This document shows positions 10,537-19,800 of a DNA stretch of 64,000 nucleotides, piece after piece. Both the position numbers and the translations under genes were made by a program. The stretch comes from Bacteroidia bacterium (lineage in GTDB: Bacteria; Bacteroidota; Bacteroidia; NS11-12g; UBA9320), in contig CBDCFW010000006.1 of NCBI GenBank assembly GCA_965216465.1, positions 832,001 through 896,000 of the forward strand, read 5' to 3'. The notes below the pieces were generated by a model, which searched no databases, had not been told where the DNA came from, and saw only the letters and a program-made list of their open reading frames with translations. Position 1 is the stretch's first letter, and the number at the start of each line of letters is the position of its first letter.

Positions 10537-11871
10537 TTATTTCTTAATTAGCTTATAATTGGTTGTTATGTTAAAACCGTAATTATAAGGCTTCACTTGT
10601 ATTGCTGCGTTGGTTTCAGAAAGTGAGTTTAGGTTGAGGCTAAACGTCGGTTCTGCTCCAATCACAAAGCGGTTTTTATTGAGGTATACACCCAGCTTAA
10701 CATTTGAAGCAAGGTTGTGGTTATCCAAGTTTAAATCGTTAACATCATTAAGTTCTAGGTAGGTATAATCTGCCTTTTGACCAGATGCTTTAAACAGATT
10801 TAAATAGGATAGACCAAGTTGACCTCTAAGTTCAAAGTTAGGACTTATCGCTCGCTTATACCCAATGTTTACTGGAATTTCAATAAAATGATATGAATTT
10901 GACCCTGTAAGCTTAACTTCTTCTTGTAGATGAAAGGGAACAGGTATGTAATCCCCAATAACATTATTATTTAACCAAGGAGTTGAATCAATCCTATAGT
11001 TGTAATTAATCTGCTCTGATCTCTGAGTTATAAAGAAACCTGTAGCTATATAGAATCCAGAAGAAGTGTGATATTGTGCATTTAGCCCTGCGCTATTAGC
11101 AAAAGTTGCATTTTCGCTCGAGTTTACTTTATCATAATATTGCTTATGAATTAAGCCAGCAAATGCACTGTTTTCAGAAACCAGTTTGCTAGAAATACTC
11201 GGAGTAAACGAGAATCCAGTTTCCCAATAACCAGTGGTGTTATTTGAATTCTGATTTCCTGTTCCAGTCTGAGGCTTAATTGCTGGTTCTTGTGGTTTCT
11301 CAGGTTTGGTGTTGGCTATAATTGGTTCTTCAGTGGTAACCTCTTCTACGACAACTTCTTCCTCTTCTATAACTTCTTTAACAACAGGAATGTCAGCAAT
11401 TACTTCTTCAACAGGTTCTTCAATTGCATAAGATGGTGCATCAACTACATCGCCTGAAGGGATTGGAGGTTCTTGTGTTGGTTGAGCCTCAACAAATGGT
11501 GTTGAGCTAGTTATAGGTGTCGAAGAGCTTATATCTCCATTTTGGAGTTCTTCAGACACGGAGTTATCATTTATTTCAGTATCAGCAGTGAAATCGTGTG
11601 TTTCTTCTGCCGATTTATTTTCAGTAATATCTTGAGTTGTATCTGTAGTCTCGGCAGCTTGTAGAGGGTCTTGAGAGCTGTTTTGGGCAACAAATATTGC
11701 GATTGAAGAACTTACAATTAAAGCTAGGAAGAACCACAAAGCGTAAATGCGATTCTTCCGACGCCCTAATTTTCTTTCGACGTAAAGCCAATCCTGGTCG
11801 CCTACGTCAGGAGTACTAACGCTAGCGGCTGATTTCTTTAGCAAATCATCGATATGTTGTAATTTATTCAA
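10537..11871 (-). CDS. Putative dual-membrane-spanning anti-sigma factor (N-terminal cytoplasmic segment, TM helix, disordered tether, C-terminal OM beta-barrel)
   Basis: Directly downstream of an ECF sigma; basic RKLGRRKNR then TM aa ~42-62; ~150 aa E/P/T-rich linker; barrel-like strands incl. HFIEIPVNIGYK and YNYGFNITTNYKL. Confidence 0.72.
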   Translation of the reverse strand: MNKLQHIDDLLKKSAASVSTPDVGDQDWLYVERKLGRRKNRIYALWFFLALIVSSSIAIFVAQNSSQDPLQAAETTDTTQDITENKSAEETHDFTADTEINDNSVSEELQNGDISSSTPITSSTPFVEAQPTQEPPIPSGDVVDAPSYAIEEPVEEVIADIPVVKEVIEEEEVVVEEVTTEEPIIANTKPEKPQEPAIKPQTGTGNQNSNNTTGYWETGFSFTPSISSKLVSENSAFAGLIHKQYYDKVNSSENATFANSAGLNAQYHTSSGFYIATGFFITQRSEQINYNYRIDSTPWLNNNVIGDYIPVPFHLQEEVKLTGSNSYHFIEIPVNIGYKRAISPNFELRGQLGLSYLNLFKASGQKADYTYLELNDVNDLNLDNHNLASNVKLGVYLNKNRFVIGAEPTFSLNLNSLSETNAAIQVKPYNYGFNITTNYKLIKK

Positions 11872-11881
11872 TCTAAAATTC

Positions 11882-12412
11882 TTATTTCCTTTTCAGTTTG
11901 GCGTTAAGTAACACCCTAGCTCTTGAAAGTCGGCTTTTAGATGACCCAACCGAGATATTGAGTTGTTCTGCAATTTCTTTGTGAGAAAGCTCATCTATTG
12001 CGTACATATTCAGAACAATCCGGTATATCTCGGGGAGTTGGTTTAAGGCTTCTAGAACAACATCAGGTTTTACGTCGTAACGTTCTTGTCTTTCTGGTTC
12101 AAATACTTGTTCATGCTTGGCTTCAAATTCGTCATGATAGTATTTATTTCTTCCGTGTCTAAGTTTGTTGAGAGCGAGGTTAATGAAAACCCTGGTCATC
12201 CAAGTATCAATCCGGCTTCCGCCCTTGAATGAACCTATTTTAATAAACACCTTGTAGAATCCGTCGTGAAGTAAGTCACGGGCGTCTTCTTGGTTTTTGG
12301 TGTACCTCATACAAACTGCCATCATCTTGTCAGCGTATTTTTCAAAGAGCATTTTCTGAGCAGATCGATCTTTGTCCTTACAACCTTGTATTAGTTCTTC
12401 GTCACTGATCAA
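11882..12412 (-). CDS. ECF sigma factor
   Basis: Region 2 (DARDLLHDGFYKVF, TWMTRVFINLA) and region 4 (SHKEIAEQLNISVGSSKSRLSRAR). Confidence 0.95.
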   Translation of the reverse strand: MISDEELIQGCKDKDRSAQKMLFEKYADKMMAVCMRYTKNQEDARDLLHDGFYKVFIKIGSFKGGSRIDTWMTRVFINLALNKLRHGRNKYYHDEFEAKHEQVFEPERQERYDVKPDVVLEALNQLPEIYRIVLNMYAIDELSHKEIAEQLNISVGSSKSRLSRARVLLNAKLKRK

Positions 12413-12428
12413 TTTGCTCTTATATTAC

Positions 12429-12458
12429 TATTAGACACCAAAAGTTTCAAAGGTTGCA
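12429..12458 (-). promoter_or_regulatory. Putative ECF promoter copy 1 (TGCAACC-N15-GTCTAATA), autoregulatory
   Basis: Plus strand TATTAGAC 12429-12436 and GGTTGCA 12452-12458; motif recurs at 16731 and 20971. Confidence 0.72.
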
Positions 12459-12470
12459 AAAAAAATATAA

Positions 12471-12504
12471 AAAAAAGAGAGGCCTCGCTCAGCGAGGCCC
12501 CTCC
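12471..12504 (-). terminator. Intrinsic terminator of T9SS gene copy A
   Basis: GGCCTCGC-TCA-GCGAGGCC hairpin with an A-run on the plus strand (U-run on minus). Confidence 0.85.
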
Positions 12505-12526
12505 GTAATATTAATATGAATGAATA

Positions 12527-15500
12527 TTATCTATTCAAAACAACTTTCTTAGTGATAATAGAACCTTGAACATTCATTTGAACGTAGTAGATTCCATTCG
12601 CTTGGTTAGTGATATCAACAGCGTAAGTTCCTTTGTTGATTTCACCGTTTTCAACGTTAAGTATTTGCTGACCTACAGCGTTGAACACATTGATAGTGAT
12701 TTCTTCATTTTCAGGAAGATTCACATTGATGTTGAACAATCCGCTAGTTGGGTTAGGGCTAACACTTAAGATGTTTTCTAATGAAAGATCAGTTACACTT
12801 CCAGTTAATGGGAAGTAATCGTGATCTACTTCAACATAAAGGATGAAGTCATTAGATACGTTTCCAGAGTTATCTTCAGTTCTGAAAGTAGCTGCGTACA
12901 GTCCTTCTTCCCAAACGTTGATGTCGTTGTGTACTAAAGTATGGTTATTAAATAGTACGTCTGGACCATCGTAGTTGTCAGAGAATAAGATGTAGTCAAT
13001 TGCGTCAAACTGAGAACCAACTCCTACTCTTAATACACCACCAATTTTGCTGGTTACAACTGGAGCTTCATCATCTATAACATGAACAGTTCTAACTTTC
13101 ACAGAAACGTTACCTGCAGCATCAGTTGCAGTGTAAGTATCTTGGTAAGTTCCCAAAACGAATGGATTAACATTCGAAGTTTGAGTTAAACTGATTTGAG
13201 TTGTGTTATACAAGTTATCGCTTGCAGAAGCAGCAACTGGAGTATAGATTGAGTTCACTGGGTGATAAACAACGTCAAGAGTATGTAGGTTAATTACAGG
13301 TGGGATAAAGTCTCTCACGATGTAGTTAATTTCTTGAACAGTTTGGTTACCACTTTCGTCAGTAGCTGTGTAAGTTACTGTAGTTGTACCTTGGTAACGA
13401 GTATCTACCGCAGCACCACCTTGAGGAGAAGCAGGGTTAGCAGTGAAGCTAAGATTGTCTCCTAGGCTGTTGTAGTTATCCGTTGCAGTGGTAATATCAA
13501 CAAAGATACTTTGTAACTGAACTTGAACTTCCCAAGGATCACTATCGGTATCAGCAACAGCATTAGCAATAACAGGTAATTCAGTATCTACAACATGAAT
13601 AGTTCTAGTAGCTGTAGTGCTGTTGTTTTGGTTATCCTGAACGAAGTAAGTAATGGTGTAAGAACCTAAAGTATTTACATCAACATTACCCGAAGTAACG
13701 ATAGCATTGTCAAGGTTACCCTCTTTAGCATCGTTAGCCGTAGCCCCAAGGTCAACCCAAGGAGTACCTACTTCGATCGTAGTATCTGTAGAACCGTTAA
13801 CAGTAAGAACAGGAGGAGTCTGGTCAACTACAACGTAAACTACACGAGTTACAGGAGCAGCAGTATTACCAGAAGCATCTGCTACATTATAAACTTCGTA
13901 GTAAACCCCAGTTAAAGTTTGGTCTACATCTGTAGTCATTTGGATGTTAGCAGAGATATCACCTTGAGAAGGATCTGTTGCAGTAGCTCCAGGAGTTACG
14001 TAAGTAGCAGGAGAAACTTGCTCAATAAAGATGGTATCGTTATCGTTCAGCGTGATTACAGGATCGTCGCCATCGTTGATTACACGGATAGCATAATCTT
14101 CGAATTCACCAATTCTGTTTGCCATTGGGTGGCTATTAGCACCACAAGGCATGTTAAGGTCAGTACCGTAACTAACACCAACTCTCATGATTGTATTAGC
14201 TTCGAAAGCTTGCGTGTAGTCAGGAACAGTAAAGCTACCCATCCAGCTAGTAGAAGTACCAGCAGCTTGGCTTGCAACTTCCTCACCAGCATCATCAAAA
14301 TCACCATCAACGTTCCAGTCGATCCAGATTTTTCTGTTCATTGGGTTAACATTACTTGCACGATCAACTTGGAAGTTGTAAACACCACCAAAGTTTAATT
14401 CTAAAGTACCTAACTCAGTGAAGTCTTCGTATCCAACACCAGTCATACTTTGATTTTCAAAAGTTTCACCAGTTACGCCGTCTTCAAGACTTACATAGTT
14501 GATACCAATATCAGTACTTGTAGTAACACTCACAACAGGGTTACAGTGTTCAACCACAATTACATAGTTTGTTTTAACAAGAGTAGCTTCAGACACAGAA
14601 GAATCAGGTAGAGCGTTAAAGTTGTAAGCTTTAAGCTGTACAGCATAAACACCTGGTTGATCAAATCTGAAAGTTCTTTCGCTTAGTTGATCACTAGTAG
14701 GACCGGTAGCAGTAACACCTTGAGGAGGGAAGAATGACCACTCCCAACGGTTAGCTTTATCAGTCATAGCAGTAAACAATACCTCATCACCAACAGCAGG
14801 TCTTCTATTGTCAGCATAGAAATCAATTTCAGTAGGTGTATTCGGATTAGCAACCACGAAAGTTTGTGTAGAAGTACTTACTCTACCATCGCAAGAAGTT
14901 ACCTTAAGTGTAAGTACATAAGTACCGTTAGTTAAGAATAACTGATCTAACCAGTGTCTGGTAGTAGCAACCGGAGTACCGTTCAAGCTCCACTCAAACT
15001 CAGTACTACCTTCAGCATTTTGTGAAGTATTCATGAAGCTTTCAGTAACGGCGTTATAAATAGTATCGCCAGGAAGGTCGAAGCTTGCAATCGGAGCAGC
15101 ACCTGTACCAGCAACGCTAGTCCAAGTAGCTTTAAATCCAGAATCTACAGCACCAGGAGTAGAGTTAAATAATAAGTACATTGCACCAGAGCTAGCAGTG
15201 ATAGGACCAGAAGGAGCATTACCTCCAGTAAATCCATTACCAGGGTGAAGCGGAGTACCTAGAGCGTTAACTCCGTCGTATATTTTAAGATTAGCATTCG
15301 CTAATAATTTGAACATTTCAAAGTTCAAGGTAACACTTTGAGCACCGCAAGGAGCGATAAGAGCTTCAAGGTTAGCCTCAGGAGCAGTATAGTCGTTAAA
15401 CTCACCGCCTTTATCATAAATTGTACCTGCACCAGCAGTAATTACGTTCGATGGAAGAGAAGTCTCAGGTCCAATGCTAAAGCTTGTACGAGTTACTTCT

Positions 15501-16678
15501 ATGTAGTCAACTTTACACGTAGTTGCTGAAGGCCCAACAACATTTGAAGACTTCAAGCAAACAGTCCATTTACCTTCACTCGGGAAGAAGTTTGAATTAG
15601 GACCTGTATACACTAAAGGTGAACTATGGATGTATGGGTTGTTACCTTGTAAATCAGGTTGAGCATTGTAGTCAATTGTATCAATACCATTGGTTAAGTA
15701 CCAATCCCAGTTGGTAGGACCATTAGTAGATAAATCGATTAATTCAAATGCGTCATAAATCTCAACAACATTTTTGTTTGACACAAAGTCAGCAACAGGA
15801 GCAGAAGTAGGAGCAATTGCTACAACAGTTTTAGTTGTAGAATCTTTTCCTAAGCAGTTTTCACTTACAAGCTTAACGGTGTAAGTACCTGCAGTACTGA
15901 AAATATGATCGGCATTTGTTGTAGAATAAGTAGTACCATCACTGATTGTCCAATCGTGAGAAATATAACCTGATTGGTTAGAATTCACTAAAGAAGCGAT
16001 AGTTCCGATAAATACCGTGTCAGGAACAAAGAAGTCACTGCTTAAACCTGCAGGAATTGAATAACTACAAGTGTAGTCTTCAGTTTCACCGTAAGCAAAT
16101 GTACCGCCGTTTGTTGAATGGTTTCCAGCTGTGATGTTGTTTGAACCATAACGGGCTCTAACTCTCATTCGGATAGTACCAGTAGTACCTCCACATGGCA
16201 CATTGATAACATAAGCAGAACTTAAGCTACCGGTACTAATATTTTTGGCACCGATAAATTCTCCTGGATCACCGAAATCTTCGTCTCCGTTGAAGTCGAA
16301 CCATACACCAATAGCGTTAGTGCTATTAAAACCAGTTGGGTTTGAGTTACTAATTCTTAGGTAGTAAGTTGCTCCAGCAGATAAATTAAATGAAGGTGTA
16401 GAGGTAATTAAATTGTAGTGACAGTTGTCACAAGATTGGTTACAACCATCTCCAAGCTTAGAAAATAGTACATTTCCTGAAGCATCTTCTAATACGATTT
16501 GCTCAATGGCAGCGTAACGTAGACCCCCACCATTTCGGGTACATCCGAAAGTGTGAGTAGGCTGCGTGTACTGTGCAAAGGAGTCTGCTGCGAAAGCAAA
16601 AACCCCTAACATTACAAATAGCAAACCTTTCGATAATAGTTGAAAGCGTTTTGTTAAATAGGTAATTGTTTTTTCCAT
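12527..16678 (-). CDS. Large T9SS-secreted multidomain surface protein, copy A (GEVED-PKD-PKD-CUB-PKD-PKD-GEVED-Ig/DUF5011 repeats-CTD)
   Basis: Signal peptide ending FAQ; GETEDY and GEFEDY GEVED motifs; PKD (PVADF, WDWY, GTYTVKL); CUB (GTIYDKGG, LKIYDG, GFKATW); PVITLN/PPVLTVNG repeats; CTD VSPNPTSG...KKVVLNR. Confidence 0.88.
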   Translation of the reverse strand: MEKTITYLTKRFQLLSKGLLFVMLGVFAFAADSFAQYTQPTHTFGCTRNGGGLRYAAIEQIVLEDASGNVLFSKLGDGCNQSCDNCHYNLITSTPSFNLSAGATYYLRISNSNPTGFNSTNAIGVWFDFNGDEDFGDPGEFIGAKNISTGSLSSAYVINVPCGGTTGTIRMRVRARYGSNNITAGNHSTNGGTFAYGETEDYTCSYSIPAGLSSDFFVPDTVFIGTIASLVNSNQSGYISHDWTISDGTTYSTTNADHIFSTAGTYTVKLVSENCLGKDSTTKTVVAIAPTSAPVADFVSNKNVVEIYDAFELIDLSTNGPTNWDWYLTNGIDTIDYNAQPDLQGNNPYIHSSPLVYTGPNSNFFPSEGKWTVCLKSSNVVGPSATTCKVDYIEVTRTSFSIGPETSLPSNVITAGAGTIYDKGGEFNDYTAPEANLEALIAPCGAQSVTLNFEMFKLLANANLKIYDGVNALGTPLHPGNGFTGGNAPSGPITASSGAMYLLFNSTPGAVDSGFKATWTSVAGTGAAPIASFDLPGDTIYNAVTESFMNTSQNAEGSTEFEWSLNGTPVATTRHWLDQLFLTNGTYVLTLKVTSCDGRVSTSTQTFVVANPNTPTEIDFYADNRRPAVGDEVLFTAMTDKANRWEWSFFPPQGVTATGPTSDQLSERTFRFDQPGVYAVQLKAYNFNALPDSSVSEATLVKTNYVIVVEHCNPVVSVTTSTDIGINYVSLEDGVTGETFENQSMTGVGYEDFTELGTLELNFGGVYNFQVDRASNVNPMNRKIWIDWNVDGDFDDAGEEVASQAAGTSTSWMGSFTVPDYTQAFEANTIMRVGVSYGTDLNMPCGANSHPMANRIGEFEDYAIRVINDGDDPVITLNDNDTIFIEQVSPATYVTPGATATDPSQGDISANIQMTTDVDQTLTGVYYEVYNVADASGNTAAPVTRVVYVVVDQTPPVLTVNGSTDTTIEVGTPWVDLGATANDAKEGNLDNAIVTSGNVDVNTLGSYTITYFVQDNQNNSTTATRTIHVVDTELPVIANAVADTDSDPWEVQVQLQSIFVDITTATDNYNSLGDNLSFTANPASPQGGAAVDTRYQGTTTVTYTATDESGNQTVQEINYIVRDFIPPVINLHTLDVVYHPVNSIYTPVAASASDNLYNTTQISLTQTSNVNPFVLGTYQDTYTATDAAGNVSVKVRTVHVIDDEAPVVTSKIGGVLRVGVGSQFDAIDYILFSDNYDGPDVLFNNHTLVHNDINVWEEGLYAATFRTEDNSGNVSNDFILYVEVDHDYFPLTGSVTDLSLENILSVSPNPTSGLFNINVNLPENEEITINVFNAVGQQILNVENGEINKGTYAVDITNQANGIYYVQMNVQGSIITKKVVLNR

Positions 16679-16730
16679 ATATAATTAATTATTACGTTCT
16701 AAAAAATTTAGACAGATGCCAAATTTATGT

Positions 16731-16761
16731 TATTAGACACGTCCAGCCAAAAAAGGTTGCA
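16731..16761 (-). promoter_or_regulatory. Putative ECF promoter copy 2 (TGCAACC-N16-GTCTAATA), followed by TAAATTTG at 16720-16727
   Basis: Plus strand TATTAGAC 16731-16738 and GGTTGCA 16755-16761, ~50 nt upstream of the copy A start codon. Confidence 0.72.
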
Positions 16762-16770
16762 AAAAAAGTA

Positions 16771-16805
16771 AAAAAAAGAGGGAGCCCGCTATGTGGGCCC
16801 CCTCC
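16771..16805 (-). terminator. Intrinsic terminator of T9SS gene copy B
   Basis: GAGGG-A-GCCCGC-TAT-GTGGGC-CCCTC imperfect hairpin next to an A-run. Confidence 0.75.
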
Positions 16806-16829
16806 GAGTATTTTAGATATGAATGAATA

Positions 16830-19800
16830 TTATCTATTCAAAACAACTTTCTTAGTGATAATAGAACCTTGAACATTCATTTGAACGTAGTAGATTCCAT
16901 TCGCTTGGTTAGTGATATCAACAGCGTAAGTTCCTTTGTTGATTTCACCGTTTTCAACGTTAAGTATTTGCTGACCTACAGCGTTGAACACATTGATAGT
17001 GATTTCTTCATTTTCAGGAAGATTCACATTGATGTTGAACAATCCGCTAGTTGGGTTAGGGCTAACACTTAAGATGTTTTCTAATGAAAGATCAGTTACG
17101 CTTCCAGTTAATGGGAAGTAATCGTGACTAACTTCTACCAAGATAACATGTTCGTTTGACTCATTTCCTGAATTATCTTCAGTTTTAAATGTTGCAGAGT
17201 ATAATCCTGGCTCCCAAACGTTGATGTCGTTGTGTACTAAAGTATGGTTATTAAATAGTACGTCTGGACCATCGTAGTTGTCAGAGAATAAGATGTAGTC
17301 AATTGCATCAAACTGAGAACCAACTCCAACTCTTAACATTCCACCAATTTTACTGGTTACAACTGGAGCTTCATCATCTACAACATGAACAGTTCTAACT
17401 TTCACAGAAACGTTACCTGCAGCATCAGTTGCAGTGTAAGTATCTTGGTAAGTTCCCAAAACGAATGGATTAACATTCGAAGTTTGAGTTAAACTGATTT
17501 GAGTTGTGTTATACAAGTTATCGCTTGCAGAAGCAGCAACTGGAGTATAGATTGAGTTCACTGGGTGATAAACAACGTCAAGAGTATGTAGGTCAATTAC
17601 AGGTGGGATAAAGTCTCTCACGATGTAGTTAATTTCTTGAACAGTTTGGTTACCACTTTCGTCAGTAGCTGTGTAAGTTACTGTAGTTGTACCTTGGAAA
17701 CGTGTATCTACCGCAGCACCACCTTGAGGAGAAGCAGGGTTAGCAGTGAAGCTAAGGTTGTCTCCTAGGCTGTTGTAGTTATCCGTTGCAGTGGTAATAT
17801 CAACAAAGATACTTTGTAACTGAACTTGAACTTCCCAAGGATCAGTATCGGTATCAGCAACAGCATTAGCAATAACAGGTAATTCAGTATCTACAACATG
17901 AATAGTTCTAGTAGCTGTAGTGCTGTTGTTTTGGTTATCCTGAACGAAGTAAGTAATGGTGTAAGAACCTAAAGTATTTACATCCACATTACCCGAAGTA
18001 ACGATAGCATTGTCAAGGTTACCCTCTTTAGCATCGTTAGCCGTAGCCCCAAGGTCAACCCAAGGAGTACCAACTTCGATCGTAGTGTCTGTAGAACCGT
18101 TAACAGTAAGAACAGGAGGAGTCTGGTCAACTACAACGTAAACTACACGAGTTACAGGAGCAGCAGTATTACCAGAAGCATCTGCTACATTATAAACTTC
18201 GTAGTAAACCCCAGTTAAAGTTTGGTCTACATCTGTAGTCATTTGGATGTTAGCAGAGATATCACCTTGAGAAGGATCTGTTGCAGTAGCTCCAGGAGTT
18301 ACGTAAGTAGCAGGAGAAACTTGCTCAATAAAGATGGTATCGTTATCGTTCAGCGTGATTACAGGATCGTCGCCATCGTTGATTACACGGATAGCATAAT
18401 CTTCGAATTCACCAATTCTGTTTGCCATTGGGTGGCTATTAGCACCACAAGGCATGTTAAGGTCAGTACCGTAACTAACACCAACTCTCATGATCGTATT
18501 AGCTTCGAAAGCTTGCGTGTAGTCAGGAACAGTAAAGCTACCCATCCAGCTAGTAGAAGTACCAGCAGCTTGGCTTGCAACTTCCTCACCAGCATCATCA
18601 AAATCACCATCAACGTTCCAGTCGATCCAGATTTTTCTGTTCATTGGGTTTGTGTTCGAAGCACGATCAACTTGGAAGTTGTAAACACCACCAAAGTTTA
18701 ATTCTACAGTACCTAACTCAGTGAAGTCTTCGTATCCAACACCAGTCATACTTTGGTTCTCCCACATTTGACCAGTAGCATCTTCTTCAAGACTTACATA
18801 GTTGATACCAATATCAGTACTTGTGGTAACACTCACAACAGGGTTACAGTGTTCAACCACAATTACATAGTTTGTTTTAACAAGAGTAGCTTCAGACACA
18901 GAAGAATCAGGTAGAGCGTTAAAGTTGTAAGCTTTAAGCTGTACAGCATAAACACCTGGTTGATCGAATCTGAAAGTTCTTTCGCTTAGTTGATCACTAG
19001 TAGGACCGGTAGCAGTAACACCTTGAGGAGGGAAGAATGACCACTCCCAACGGTTAGCTTTATCAGTCATAGCAGTAAACAATACCTCATCACCAACAGC
19101 AGGTCTTCTATTGTCAGCATAGAAATCAATTTCAGTAGGTGTATTCGGATTAGCAACCACGAAAGTTTGTGTAGAAGTACTTACTCTACCATCGCAAGAA
19201 GTTACCTTAAGTGTAAGTACATAAGTACCGTTAGTTAAGAATAACTGATCTAACCAGTGTCTGGTAGTAGCAACCGGAGTACCGTTCAAGCTCCACTCAA
19301 ACTCAGTACTACCTTCAGCATTTTGTGAAGTATTCATGAAGCTTTCAGTAACGGCGTTATAAATAGTATCGCCAGGAAGGTCAAAGCTTGCAATCGGAGC
19401 AGCACCTGTACCAGCAACGCTAGTCCAAGTAGCTTTAAATCCAGAATCTACAGCACCAGGAGTAGAGTTAAATAATAAGTACATCGCACCAGAGCTAGCA
19501 GTGATAGGACCAGAAGGAGCATTACCTCCAGTAAATCCATTACCAGGGTGAAGCGGAGTACCTAGAGCGTTAACTCCGTCGTATATTTTAAGATTAGCAT
19601 TCGCTAATAATTTGAACATTTCAAAGTTCAAGGTAACACTTTGAGCACCGCAAGGAGCGATAAGAGCTTCAAGGTTAGCCTCAGGAGCAGTATAGTCGTT
19701 AAACTCACCGCCTTTATCATAAATTGTACCTGCACCAGCAGTAATTACGTTCGATGGAAGAGAAGTCTCAGGTCCAATGCTAAAGCTGGTACGAGTTACT

